DNA from: a virus
Lineage: Duplodnaviria > Caudoviricetes
Reading direction: 5' to 3' (one strand)
IMG/VR virus record: IMGVR_UViG_3300031994_000065
Location: 17,295-81,294 of that record
Length of the DNA stretch: 64,000 nt
Part shown: positions 17,092 to 25,275 of the stretch, in pieces
Position numbering within the stretch: position 1 is the first letter of the stretch
How the letters are laid out: each line of letters opens with the position of its first letter
Position numbers and translations under genes: made by a program
Notes under the pieces: model-generated
What the model saw: the letters and a program-made list of their open reading frames with translations, nothing else
The model's database searches: none
What the model was told of the DNA's origin: nothing

Positions 17092-19377
17092 TCAGATTGA
17101 AATCATCGGTACGGTTTTGTGATGCCACGATTCGTGTTCTTTGCGTTTGCAGTGTGGGCATTCGTTTTTTATAATACCGGTATAACCACAGACCGGGTCG
17201 CGGTCGACAGGGTGGTTCACACTGAAATATCCCATATTTGCATCGTGCATGGCTCGTACAAGTTTTTCAAAAGCTTCTACATTTTGGAGAGGATCCCCAT
17301 TGTACTCAATATAGCTTATCGCGCCAGCATCACATTTTTCATGGTATGGTGCTTCGATACGAATTTTATCGATAGCTCGTATCTTATAATACACAGGAAC
17401 ATGGAAACTGTTCGTGATGTACAATCTATCGGTGACACCACGTATGATTCCATAATCTTTGCGATTCGCTTTTTGAAATGTATTTGCTGTCCCTTCGGCT
17501 GGAGTTGAAAAGGTTGACCAATTCATTTTTTCTTCAACTTTAAACTTGTCGGTTTTGTCACGAAGATGTTGGACGATTTCCAATCCGAACCGTTGCGAAT
17601 CCTCATTCTCTCCATGATGTTTTCCTGTTAATGCTATTAAAGTTTCTGCAAGACCACAGAATCCAATAGAAAGGGTAGCATTTTTCAAAACTTTTCGTAT
17701 AGTATCATTTGGCGATAATTCATCGCTTCCCATCCAAACGCCTTGACCCATCAAAAACGGAAAATTGAAAACGTGTTTATCTGCAATAATTTGAAAACGG
17801 TAAAGAAGATAATCGTGACTAAGTTGAATATAGTGATCGTATATCTCGTAGAAACGTTTTATGATCTCTTCTTGTGGTGCGTTGTTTCCAAGTTGACGTT
17901 TTGCTTCGAGTGCAAATTTTGGAAGATTAAGAGTCACAAAACTAAAATTTCCTCTTCCACCAGTTTCTTCAGGTCCATTCACATTTCCGATAACACGGGT
18001 ACGGCATCCCATCGTTGCAGCGTATGTATTATAATTTCCTGGTTTATAATACTTCAAGTTAAAAGTGGCATCACACGATACAAAGTTCGGGTACAACCTC
18101 TTAGCACTCACTTCACATGCACGCTTAAATAAGTCGTAATTTGGATCGCCTGGGTTGAAATTGATTCCTGATTTAATCTGAAAAATCGAAATTGGAAATA
18201 GTGGAGATTCTCCCTTTCCCATTCCAGCATCAATAGCGTTGAGAGTTTCTCTTATTGCCAATCGTCCCTCTGGAGAAGTATCCATACCAAAGTTGATAGA
18301 ACTGAACGGAACTTGCCCGCCTGACCTAGCGTGTAAGCTATTAAAATTATACACCATTGCTTCCATAGCTTGACGTGTCTCTTCTTCAGTGGCATCTTTT
18401 GCTATTTCATAAATTGAATGAAGACCATCCCATTCGTTTCGCTCGACTTCCATGAAAACTTTACAGAAAACTCTCCATATTTCTTCTATGGTTTCCCAAT
18501 AATCACTAGAATTCTTAATGTCTTTATCTTCGACGTAATGTATCTTTGTTCTATCGAATTCTTCTTTGACTTCTTTACTAACCGTGTGCTTGTCGTACAT
18601 GTTCGATGTCACAAATTGTCCAAATTCAACCGTTTTAGATATAATTTCTTTCACGAATGTTTTTCTGATCCCTTCAGCCATCGCATAATCTTCTGCATTT
18701 AGTGACTGGCCTCCGAAACAGTCGTTCTGGTCTGATTGAATTGCCACACATGCTAAAGCTGCATATGATCGAATAGAGCCTGGTTCTCTTATATGACCAT
18801 GACCTGTTGAAAACCCACCGTGAAACAGTTTCAGTAGATCAATTTGACAACAATTCAACGTTATCATTGAGAAATCGTTATCGTGTTCATGAATGAAATG
18901 TTGACGATGTGCTTCAGCAAATTCTTTTGGTTGGGTATTAAGCGCGAATTCTTTTGCTCCATCTGATCCAAGTTTAAGCATTATGCCCATTGGACCATCA
19001 GTGTTAATATTTGCATTTTCCCTCTTATCGTCCATCGCTGAGGCATCAGTAAACAAAATGTCTTTATAAGTTTGCATGAGATTCTTCTTCGATTCCCGAC
19101 GAAGCATATGTTTATATCTGTAACAAATATACTTCTTGGCTATCTCGAAAAATCCGTGTTGCATAAGACGACGTTCCACGACATCTTGAATATCTTCGAC
19201 TGATATTTCAGTACGATCACCAATATCGGACTCTATCTGTTCAATGATATTCTCAAGATCGCGTTCGGTCATTTGTTCGACGGAAGCGTTGTTAGCTCCA
19301 ACAATCGCTTTGTAAATTTTCGATCGGTCGTATGAAACCAACGAACCGTCGCGTTTGATAACGCGTTCAAGATTCAT
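17092..19377 (-). CDS. nrdD: Anaerobic (class III) ribonucleoside-triphosphate reductase large subunit; C-terminal glycyl-radical motif absent
   Basis: N-terminal ATP-cone VIKRDGS; LNCCQID; GGQVPFSSINFG; finger-loop MGCRT; NHPVDRDPVCGYTGIIKNECPHC. Confidence 0.93.
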   Translation of the reverse strand: MNLERVIKRDGSLVSYDRSKIYKAIVGANNASVEQMTERDLENIIEQIESDIGDRTEISVEDIQDVVERRLMQHGFFEIAKKYICYRYKHMLRRESKKNLMQTYKDILFTDASAMDDKRENANINTDGPMGIMLKLGSDGAKEFALNTQPKEFAEAHRQHFIHEHDNDFSMITLNCCQIDLLKLFHGGFSTGHGHIREPGSIRSYAALACVAIQSDQNDCFGGQSLNAEDYAMAEGIRKTFVKEIISKTVEFGQFVTSNMYDKHTVSKEVKEEFDRTKIHYVEDKDIKNSSDYWETIEEIWRVFCKVFMEVERNEWDGLHSIYEIAKDATEEETRQAMEAMVYNFNSLHARSGGQVPFSSINFGMDTSPEGRLAIRETLNAIDAGMGKGESPLFPISIFQIKSGINFNPGDPNYDLFKRACEVSAKRLYPNFVSCDATFNLKYYKPGNYNTYAATMGCRTRVIGNVNGPEETGGRGNFSFVTLNLPKFALEAKRQLGNNAPQEEIIKRFYEIYDHYIQLSHDYLLYRFQIIADKHVFNFPFLMGQGVWMGSDELSPNDTIRKVLKNATLSIGFCGLAETLIALTGKHHGENEDSQRFGLEIVQHLRDKTDKFKVEEKMNWSTFSTPAEGTANTFQKANRKDYGIIRGVTDRLYITNSFHVPVYYKIRAIDKIRIEAPYHEKCDAGAISYIEYNGDPLQNVEAFEKLVRAMHDANMGYFSVNHPVDRDPVCGYTGIIKNECPHCKRKEHESWHHKTVPMISI

Positions 19378-19413
19378 AAGCGTTACCTCCTTTGAATTAG
19401 TTTAAGGGTAAGT

Positions 19414-19441
19414 TGAGGAAGAGATTCGAATCTCTTCCTCA
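19414..19441. terminator. Palindromic hairpin after the amidase gene
   Basis: TGAGGAAGAGA/TCTCTTCCTCA. Confidence 0.6.
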
Positions 19442-19449
19442 TTTTGAGT

Positions 19450-20052
19450 TTATTTGTAATTCTTTCTGAATTCTGGGAGATACCAAAGAGCTTTTCCTCT
19501 GAGAACGTCTCCACCGCGAGAACCGTCTATTGCATGAGGATTAAACTTTGGGGATTCTGAAGTTTCAAGATATTCCAAATCCCAGCGTTCACAAGTTGAT
19601 TTCGGTCCATATTGTTCATGACACCACAAACCATCTTCATTATCTGCAGCTTCTCCATGTGTCATTACATGACCTGGATTGATTGTGAGCCATAATCCTT
19701 CAGCTACTGCACAAACAGCCAAAGCCATACTTTCAATCTGTGCAGCGGTTGGAGGATTCGGACCTAAGTCTTTGGTATCCGCATATACCGCACAACATAT
19801 TGTGATGTTGATAGCTCCACTGTTACGTTTGTATGTTCCGGCGATAACATCAGCAAAATTATCTGTACTGGCATAATATTTGCCATTCTTATCGATATTG
19901 ATATGGTAGTCGTCAGACTTATTATCGTACCAACCAGCAGTCCAGTGGAGATAAATCTTTGGTTCTCTACCAAGTGCTTTTGCTTTATCCCAAACTTCTT
20001 CTCGGGCAGCAGAAGCGAGTTGATAGATTTCTTTAAGTGTAACTTCACGCAT
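19450..20052 (-). CDS. N-acetylmuramoyl-L-alanine amidase (Amidase_2-like endolysin)
   Basis: IYLHWTAG, YHINID, RNSGAINI, VMTHGE motifs; late promoter at 20070-20081. Confidence 0.8.
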   Translation of the reverse strand: MREVTLKEIYQLASAAREEVWDKAKALGREPKIYLHWTAGWYDNKSDDYHINIDKNGKYYASTDNFADVIAGTYKRNSGAINITICCAVYADTKDLGPNPPTAAQIESMALAVCAVAEGLWLTINPGHVMTHGEAADNEDGLWCHEQYGPKSTCERWDLEYLETSESPKFNPHAIDGSRGGDVLRGKALWYLPEFRKNYK

Positions 20053-20105
20053 TTTCGTTCACCTACCTTTATGAGATTGTCTTGAATATTAAGAGGTTAG
20101 AAATG

Positions 20106-20134
20106 AAAAAAAAATCTCGCCCATATGAGCGAGA
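20106..20134 (-). terminator. Terminator after cassette D cargo
   Basis: TCTCGC/GCGAGA stem plus 9-T tail; homologous to 20957-20988. Confidence 0.7.
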
Positions 20135-20147
20135 CCGCAGCGGAGCG

Positions 20148-20636
20148 TTATTGCTCCAAGAGTTCATTGAGATAAACGACATCTTCAAACGAAAGATTGT
20201 TTTCCTTGATTATGGCGCGAGCCCAGTTGATGTAGCCGCCGAAGCAATACTGATCGTCAAAATAGTAGCGAATACCGTTGATGTCGACATACTCGCATTC
20301 TATTTCATCATCGAGCGTTTTGAACCATTGGCTTCCGACACTGATGCGGTTGGCGCGTTCGATCCGGGTAGGATTCGTTGCTCCATTGCAAATTATTTCG
20401 GCCGCCTGTTTCGGTGTTACGATGTCAACATCAAAGATGCCAACCTCGTGCCAATCATCGCTCACAACAGCATACTTTTTGTAATATGCCGTGCTGATGT
20501 AGTAATGCGGATGACTATGGCACTCATGGAAGTTCGGGCACCGGGATCCGATGCACTCACCATCGAAATCCTCTGGTTCAGTGCATTGAAAGTTGAGTAT
20601 TTGACCCAGCTCGTATCCGAAATCGTCTGTGGTCAT
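20148..20636 (-). CDS. Hypothetical early Cys/His-containing protein (cargo of cassette D)
   Basis: 162 aa; SD AAGGAGG 8 nt upstream. Confidence 0.75.
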   Translation of the reverse strand: MTTDDFGYELGQILNFQCTEPEDFDGECIGSRCPNFHECHSHPHYYISTAYYKKYAVVSDDWHEVGIFDVDIVTPKQAAEIICNGATNPTRIERANRISVGSQWFKTLDDEIECEYVDINGIRYYFDDQYCFGGYINWARAIIKENNLSFEDVVYLNELLEQ

Positions 20637-20640
20637 TCCA

Positions 20641-20751
20641 AATCCCTCCTTAAGGGATCGTAGGTTTTTTCATCTTAGTAGTGAGCTGCCTACTTAACTC
20701 TTCTACGCGTATATAATATATAAATGTGGGTGGGGGTGATGTCGGATTGAA
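20641..20751 (-). promoter_or_regulatory. Repeated early expression cassette, copy D (type 2)
   Basis: CCGACA-N17-TATATATTAT plus leader GAGTTAAGTAGGCAGCTCACTACTAAGATGAAAAAACCTACGATCC; identical core to copy E. Confidence 0.9.
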
Positions 20752-20815
20752 ATTAAACCCTTCTTAAAAAAGGTAATTCGATTCCGATGATGAATCATAT
20801 AAGGAGGCAAACATC

Positions 20816-20995
20816 ATGAAATTTGGTGGTATTACACTTGGTGGTCGGAACATTATCGTACCAACCAGCAGTCCAGTGGAGATAAATCTTTGGTTCTCTA
20901 CTAAATGCTTTTGCTTTACCCCATACTTCTTCTCGGGTATTGCGAGGTTGGAAAACAAAAAAAAATCACGCCCGTATAATGAGCGTGACCGGTGA
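20816..20995 (+). pseudogene. Chimeric remnant: 5' end of the 21684 gene fused to an amidase fragment
   Basis: MKFGGITLGG start, then 20852-20937 matches 19921-20006 at 82/86 nt; its late promoter is degraded. Confidence 0.85.
20957..20988 (-). terminator. Terminator after cassette E cargo
   Basis: TCACGC/GCGTGA stem (compensatory variant of TCTCGC/GCGAGA) plus 9-T tail. Confidence 0.7.
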
Positions 20996-21010
20996 GCGTG
21001 ACGTGACCAG

Positions 21011-21496
21011 TTAGAAGAACCATCCCATTTTGCGGGCGGTTTCGCGGAAACGTTCCCAATTTTCGTCGCGGATCGTTGATACCGCTTTGTCTTTGACGCT
21101 TTCTACAATCGCATCGTAGACATCGCAGTCCCACTTATCGGGCAACTTGATCTCATCGTCCCAATCCCAGTTCTCAATAAATGTGATCTGGTTGCGGCGG
21201 ATGATGTCATCATGGCCTGATTCCGGCGGAAAGATCTCGTAGTACTCATCGTACATTTCGTCGAGCTTCGACGAGCTGTAATAGTCGAGATGATACGTCG
21301 AAACGAACGCCTTCACGTCCATCTCATCTGAGATGAGCGCTTGGAAATCATCGAGATAATCCGAATGGACCGTCTCGAAAAACTCCCAGTTTTTCGCATA
21401 ACGTTGATCGTATGGGAGCACTTTCTTGACCATCTTGTCCTTGAGAGAGTCAAGAAGCGCCCTTTCTCTCACGTCGAGGTCGCTGTACTTAATCAC
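21011..21496 (-). CDS. Hypothetical acidic early protein (cargo of cassette E)
   Basis: 161 aa, GTG start 8 nt after AAGGAG. Confidence 0.75.
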   Translation of the reverse strand: MIKYSDLDVRERALLDSLKDKMVKKVLPYDQRYAKNWEFFETVHSDYLDDFQALISDEMDVKAFVSTYHLDYYSSSKLDEMYDEYYEIFPPESGHDDIIRRNQITFIENWDWDDEIKLPDKWDCDVYDAIVESVKDKAVSTIRDENWERFRETARKMGWFF

Positions 21497-21500
21497 TCTA

Positions 21501-21620
21501 CCATCTCCTTACGAGGCGAGGATCGTAGGTTTTTTCATCTTAGTAGTGAGCTGCCTACTTAACTCTTCTACGCGTATATAATATATAAATGTGGGTGGGG
21601 GTGATGTCGGATTGAAATTA
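21501..21620 (-). promoter_or_regulatory. Repeated early expression cassette, copy E (type 2)
   Basis: Same promoter and leader as copy D. Confidence 0.9.
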
Positions 21621-21630
21621 AACCTCTCTT

Positions 21631-21642
21631 AACAAGAAGGTA
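21631..21642 (+). promoter_or_regulatory. Late promoter AACAAGAAGGTA
   Basis: AACA-N6-TA; identical 12-mer on the minus strand at 36614-36625. Confidence 0.6.
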
Positions 21643-21683
21643 ATCCGATTCTAATGATGAATCATATAAGGAGGCAAAACATC

Positions 21684-22247
21684 ATGAAATTTGGTGGTAT
21701 CACCCTTGGTGGGAAACTTGGTGGTTGGAACATTATCAACCAACCTGCAACTTCACTTCCTCAGGCTCTCGCCTCGGCAAAGCCCATTTTGTTTGGGTCG
21801 ACATTTACCCCGATTTGGCTCGTTGCGGATCAGATTGTGAATGGTACTAACTATTTGCTGGTCGCAGAGGCAGTTAGTACTACCTTGAAGACAATCAAAA
21901 GAATCGTCGGTATTATCGTTAACATTCCGGCTGGTTCGTTTGATGGTGAAGGCGCGAAAGTCGTCGAGGTTATCGAAGATGACGAGCTTGTCGAAGGAAC
22001 CGATCCCGAAGATAAAGTCAAGGAATACTTCGACTCGATTATCGAACCTGCAGGCGAAAAACTCACTGGCGTCGGTATTACACCCGTTCTTTACATGGGC
22101 AAGAAAGTTACCAAAGGCGTCAATCACGTTGTCGTTGCTCAACGCCGCATGATTTCTTCAGACGCGGATCCGGAAGCTCTCATCATTGAGTTCAATGTCT
22201 TCAATGGAAAAGCAACTCTCTACTCAATGGAAAAAATTGGTGTGTGA
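21684..22247 (+). CDS. Hypothetical protein with two tandem homologous domains
   Basis: FTPIWLVADQIVNGTNYLLVA is repeated as ITPVLYMGKKVTKGVNHVVVA; SD AAGGAGG. Confidence 0.75.
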   Translation: MKFGGITLGGKLGGWNIINQPATSLPQALASAKPILFGSTFTPIWLVADQIVNGTNYLLVAEAVSTTLKTIKRIVGIIVNIPAGSFDGEGAKVVEVIEDDELVEGTDPEDKVKEYFDSIIEPAGEKLTGVGITPVLYMGKKVTKGVNHVVVAQRRMISSDADPEALIIEFNVFNGKATLYSMEKIGV

Positions 22248-22281
22248 CTAAAATAGTTCTAACGAACGAAAACGAACAAAT

Positions 22282-22316
22282 AACCCCGAGATGGATTCAA
22301 TTCCATTCTCGGGGTT
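22282..22316. terminator. Bidirectional terminator
   Basis: AACCCCGAG/CTCGGGGTT between convergent genes. Confidence 0.7.
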
Positions 22317-22318
22317 CG

Positions 22319-23107
22319 TCACGCTTTTTGTTCCGGTGTAATTTTGATTTTCTCTCGTTGTTCTTTTTCGGTCAAATCATCATTCGCAAGTCTTTCAATT
22401 AGTTCAAAGAACGCACCATAATCTTTGTTCTCAATCTTGATATAGTGAAAGTCACGTTGTTTCATCAATGCTTCATCTTTGAGTTTTTCTTTGACTTTAT
22501 CAACGTCTTGAATTTTGTGGTGCATGTTCGGATTATCTCCACCATCCTTAATCTCAACTTCGAGCATTAACGATGGAATGAATACATCCGGAAAGTAAAA
22601 ATGTTTCTTACCTTCATACTCGTATTCATAAACGTGAGGAGATGGCATAATAATATCAGTAGACGGAAATTGCAGAAACGTATCCATCATTTTGCAGAAG
22701 TCTTCCTCAAAGGTTCCTGTATAAGTCAACACTCCACCATCTGAATGCATGTATCGTCCACTAATAGATCGATTCGCCAACATCTTCTTCTGTACATCGG
22801 GATTGTCAAGAATACATTCTTTACCATAAACTTTCTTCATTCGAGCCTTAGCAATTTTAACATACTCTTGTTTGCAAGCATCACTACAGAACGCATTGTA
22901 TTTATTGGTTCTGACATTCCACTCTGTTGGCTTCTTACATATCATACATTTACGAGGTTCACCATTGTGTTCTCTTAAATAAATGAATTCTCCCGGATTC
23001 TGGTTTTCTGGTATAAGATCATCATGCTCTTTCTCTACGTGAATTATCATGTTTTCCTTAGAGCCCACAATCTTTTCTTTACATACAGGGCATTTCTTGT
23101 AATCCAT
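22319..23107 (-). CDS. Zn-finger plus PD-(D/E)XK (TnsA-like / T4 gp4-like) endonuclease
   Basis: CPVC...HVEKEH C2H2; CMIC...CSDAC; HFYFPDVFI...EVEIKD nuclease motif; late promoter at 23133-23144. Confidence 0.6.
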   Translation of the reverse strand: MDYKKCPVCKEKIVGSKENMIIHVEKEHDDLIPENQNPGEFIYLREHNGEPRKCMICKKPTEWNVRTNKYNAFCSDACKQEYVKIAKARMKKVYGKECILDNPDVQKKMLANRSISGRYMHSDGGVLTYTGTFEEDFCKMMDTFLQFPSTDIIMPSPHVYEYEYEGKKHFYFPDVFIPSLMLEVEIKDGGDNPNMHHKIQDVDKVKEKLKDEALMKQRDFHYIKIENKDYGAFFELIERLANDDLTEKEQREKIKITPEQKA

Positions 23108-23216
23108 ATGAATTCACCTCCAATGTTTGTTTTAGCATTCTGTCGCTTTGATAAATAACTGACGCTACTAAAAACTAAATTCTTCACCAGTATTTAAAAG
23201 AAAGTAGAGGTGATGA

Positions 23217-23630
23217 ATGATGCCTTCGTTTTACAAAGATAACAAAGAGCTTGATTTTGACCTTGACGGATTTGGTAGACAGAAAGTTTTGACAGAAGCG
23301 GAATCAGCATACAGACAAATTCTCTTATTACTGTTTTTACGTCCGGGAGATTATCCCTCGTTACCTGAAATGGGAATCAATATCTCGAGAGAGATTCGTT
23401 ATAAGAATATGGATTACGTTTTAGGTACAACCCTCAAAGAGAAGATTGTCGATCAAATACGCAAATATGCTCCACAGGTAGACATGGTGGACATGAATAT
23501 CTGGAATTCTCGTTATAAAGGTGAGTATTACGTTATTCTCGACTTCGAATTGCAAGCCGAAAGAACCATCAGTATAGCGATGACTAGAAAGTCAACTTCT
23601 CTACTCGATATAAAGGTCGAATTCAATTAA
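23217..23630 (+). CDS. Baseplate wedge protein, gp25-like
   Basis: LLFLRPGDYPSLPEMGINI motif, 137 aa. Confidence 0.7.
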   Translation: MMPSFYKDNKELDFDLDGFGRQKVLTEAESAYRQILLLLFLRPGDYPSLPEMGINISREIRYKNMDYVLGTTLKEKIVDQIRKYAPQVDMVDMNIWNSRYKGEYYVILDFELQAERTISIAMTRKSTSLLDIKVEFN

Positions 23631-23643
23631 GGAGGAAGAGTAA

Positions 23644-25275
23644 ATGGCAGAGAAAAAAGGAGCTCTTGATGGTATGGACATCAGTAAGCTCAGAAAACAA
23701 GCCGCTGGAAGTTTCGAATCTGATAAGTCTGGTGATAAAGATAAAATCAGAACTAACCCGGCGACTACAGAAAACTCAGAAATTTTCCAGTGGGATGACG
23801 AGCAAGGTAAAATGGAAAAGGCTGAAACTTCAAGTATCCCCAACATCGGAGAACTTCGTGAACACAAAGCTGACGAATCTACTAAACCGGCTGAAATTGC
23901 TAATATCGAAGATCCGATGGCGAAAGCTCGCGCTAACGAAAAGGCTATCACTAAAGAAGAACTTGGTGGCGGTATCATCATTGAAGAAAAACCCAAAGAA
24001 CCGGAAGGGTTGACAGTCGGTCCTATGGCAGAAGGCTCAGACATCCAGCAACATGTCAAAGAAGCTGAGAAAATGCTTGACGACATGGGTGAAGTTGCAA
24101 AGAAACGTATGGCTATTGAAGGCAAAGGTCGTAAAGCAGTCAATACAGTTGTCGAAATCCTTATGGATAAAACCGGTATGCGTAGCGTCGAATTCACTAA
24201 TGAAGAACGTGAAAAGCTTCGTGTATCTAAGAAGATTAAAGTTGTGCAAGTTGATGAGCATAAACTCAAATCCGTTAAGATGACTAAGCCGAAAGCTATT
24301 CGCCAGAAGACTTTGATTGAAAAAGCTTTCAGTAGACAATTCGCTCCGTTCGTTGCGGCGGCGTCTGGTTATGTTGGTAAAATGCGCAATCTTTCCAGTA
24401 TCGAAATTATTAACTTGATTACCATAGATGAACGCGAAAATATGAATTCTGCTGAAAAACTCAGTCAGAAAGCAAGTCTTGTTTGGTCGAAACTCGTCGA
24501 ATGTAGCACTGGCGAATTTAAGAGCTTTGATGATTTTGCTAAGAATACCGCGGAAATCGATCTTCCGGTCTTTATCTATGCTCTTACACGCGCTACTTAT
24601 CCCGACAAAGAAACACTTCTTATGAATTGCGGAAATCCTGAATGTACGAGAAAAGTCCGTGATGAAAACGGCAGAATCGTTACACGTCCGAATCAATTCA
24701 ACCACGAATATTCTAATACGGAAATTCTCTTAGTCGATCGCATTTCAGACAAACTCAAAGATGAAGCCGAGCGTATTTATCAGGCGTCATTTACTATCGA
24801 AGACGCACTTAAGGCTCGCGAAGAAGCTGTCATCAACAAATCTTTCAGATTTGCACTTGGCGAAGACGAAGATATCATTATCGATGTTTATTGCCCGAGT
24901 ATTTACGACGTTATCGAAAACTTTGAACGTAAGATTGAAAGTTCACAGTATGTCGAAGACGAAGTTTATGAAGGTTTGATTACGACAGCCAGATATATTC
25001 GTAGCATTGCTCTTAAGAATGACGAAACTGGTGATTATGACATGTTTGATGATGCGGTTACGATTATTGATATTCTCGCCCGCATGAATCAAGAAATTCT
25101 CGAAGTCGTTCAGCAATGCATCACGGATAACATCTTCGAATACATGTATCGTTATGGCTTCAAAGCTTCGTCTGTGGTTTGCCCGATTTGCGGACACGCA
25201 TTCACAGAAGACGTTGTTATCAGTATCGAGAGGCTCCTTTTTCTGGAGGCTCAACGCCATATGATAAACGAATAA
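23644..25275 (+). CDS. Baseplate hub assembly / tail chaperone protein (T4 gp26-like C-terminal part)
   Basis: CGNPEC and CPICGH Zn motifs; follows the gp25-like gene. Confidence 0.55.
   Translation: MAEKKGALDGMDISKLRKQAAGSFESDKSGDKDKIRTNPATTENSEIFQWDDEQGKMEKAETSSIPNIGELREHKADESTKPAEIANIEDPMAKARANEKAITKEELGGGIIIEEKPKEPEGLTVGPMAEGSDIQQHVKEAEKMLDDMGEVAKKRMAIEGKGRKAVNTVVEILMDKTGMRSVEFTNEEREKLRVSKKIKVVQVDEHKLKSVKMTKPKAIRQKTLIEKAFSRQFAPFVAAASGYVGKMRNLSSIEIINLITIDERENMNSAEKLSQKASLVWSKLVECSTGEFKSFDDFAKNTAEIDLPVFIYALTRATYPDKETLLMNCGNPECTRKVRDENGRIVTRPNQFNHEYSNTEILLVDRISDKLKDEAERIYQASFTIEDALKAREEAVINKSFRFALGEDEDIIIDVYCPSIYDVIENFERKIESSQYVEDEVYEGLITTARYIRSIALKNDETGDYDMFDDAVTIIDILARMNQEILEVVQQCITDNIFEYMYRYGFKASSVVCPICGHAFTEDVVISIERLLFLEAQRHMINE

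Noticed and set aside
20082-20663. 193-aa plus-strand ORF
   Set aside because: Shadow of the cassette D cargo on the minus strand; starts across a terminator.
7591-21620. Cassette leader as a known riboswitch/ribozyme (preQ1, hammerhead, pistol, twister) or a CRISPR repeat mimic
   Set aside because: Diagnostic cores (CUGAUGA/GAAA, preQ1 loop and tail, pistol P2/P3 layout) are not present; the copies are dispersed, not arrayed.
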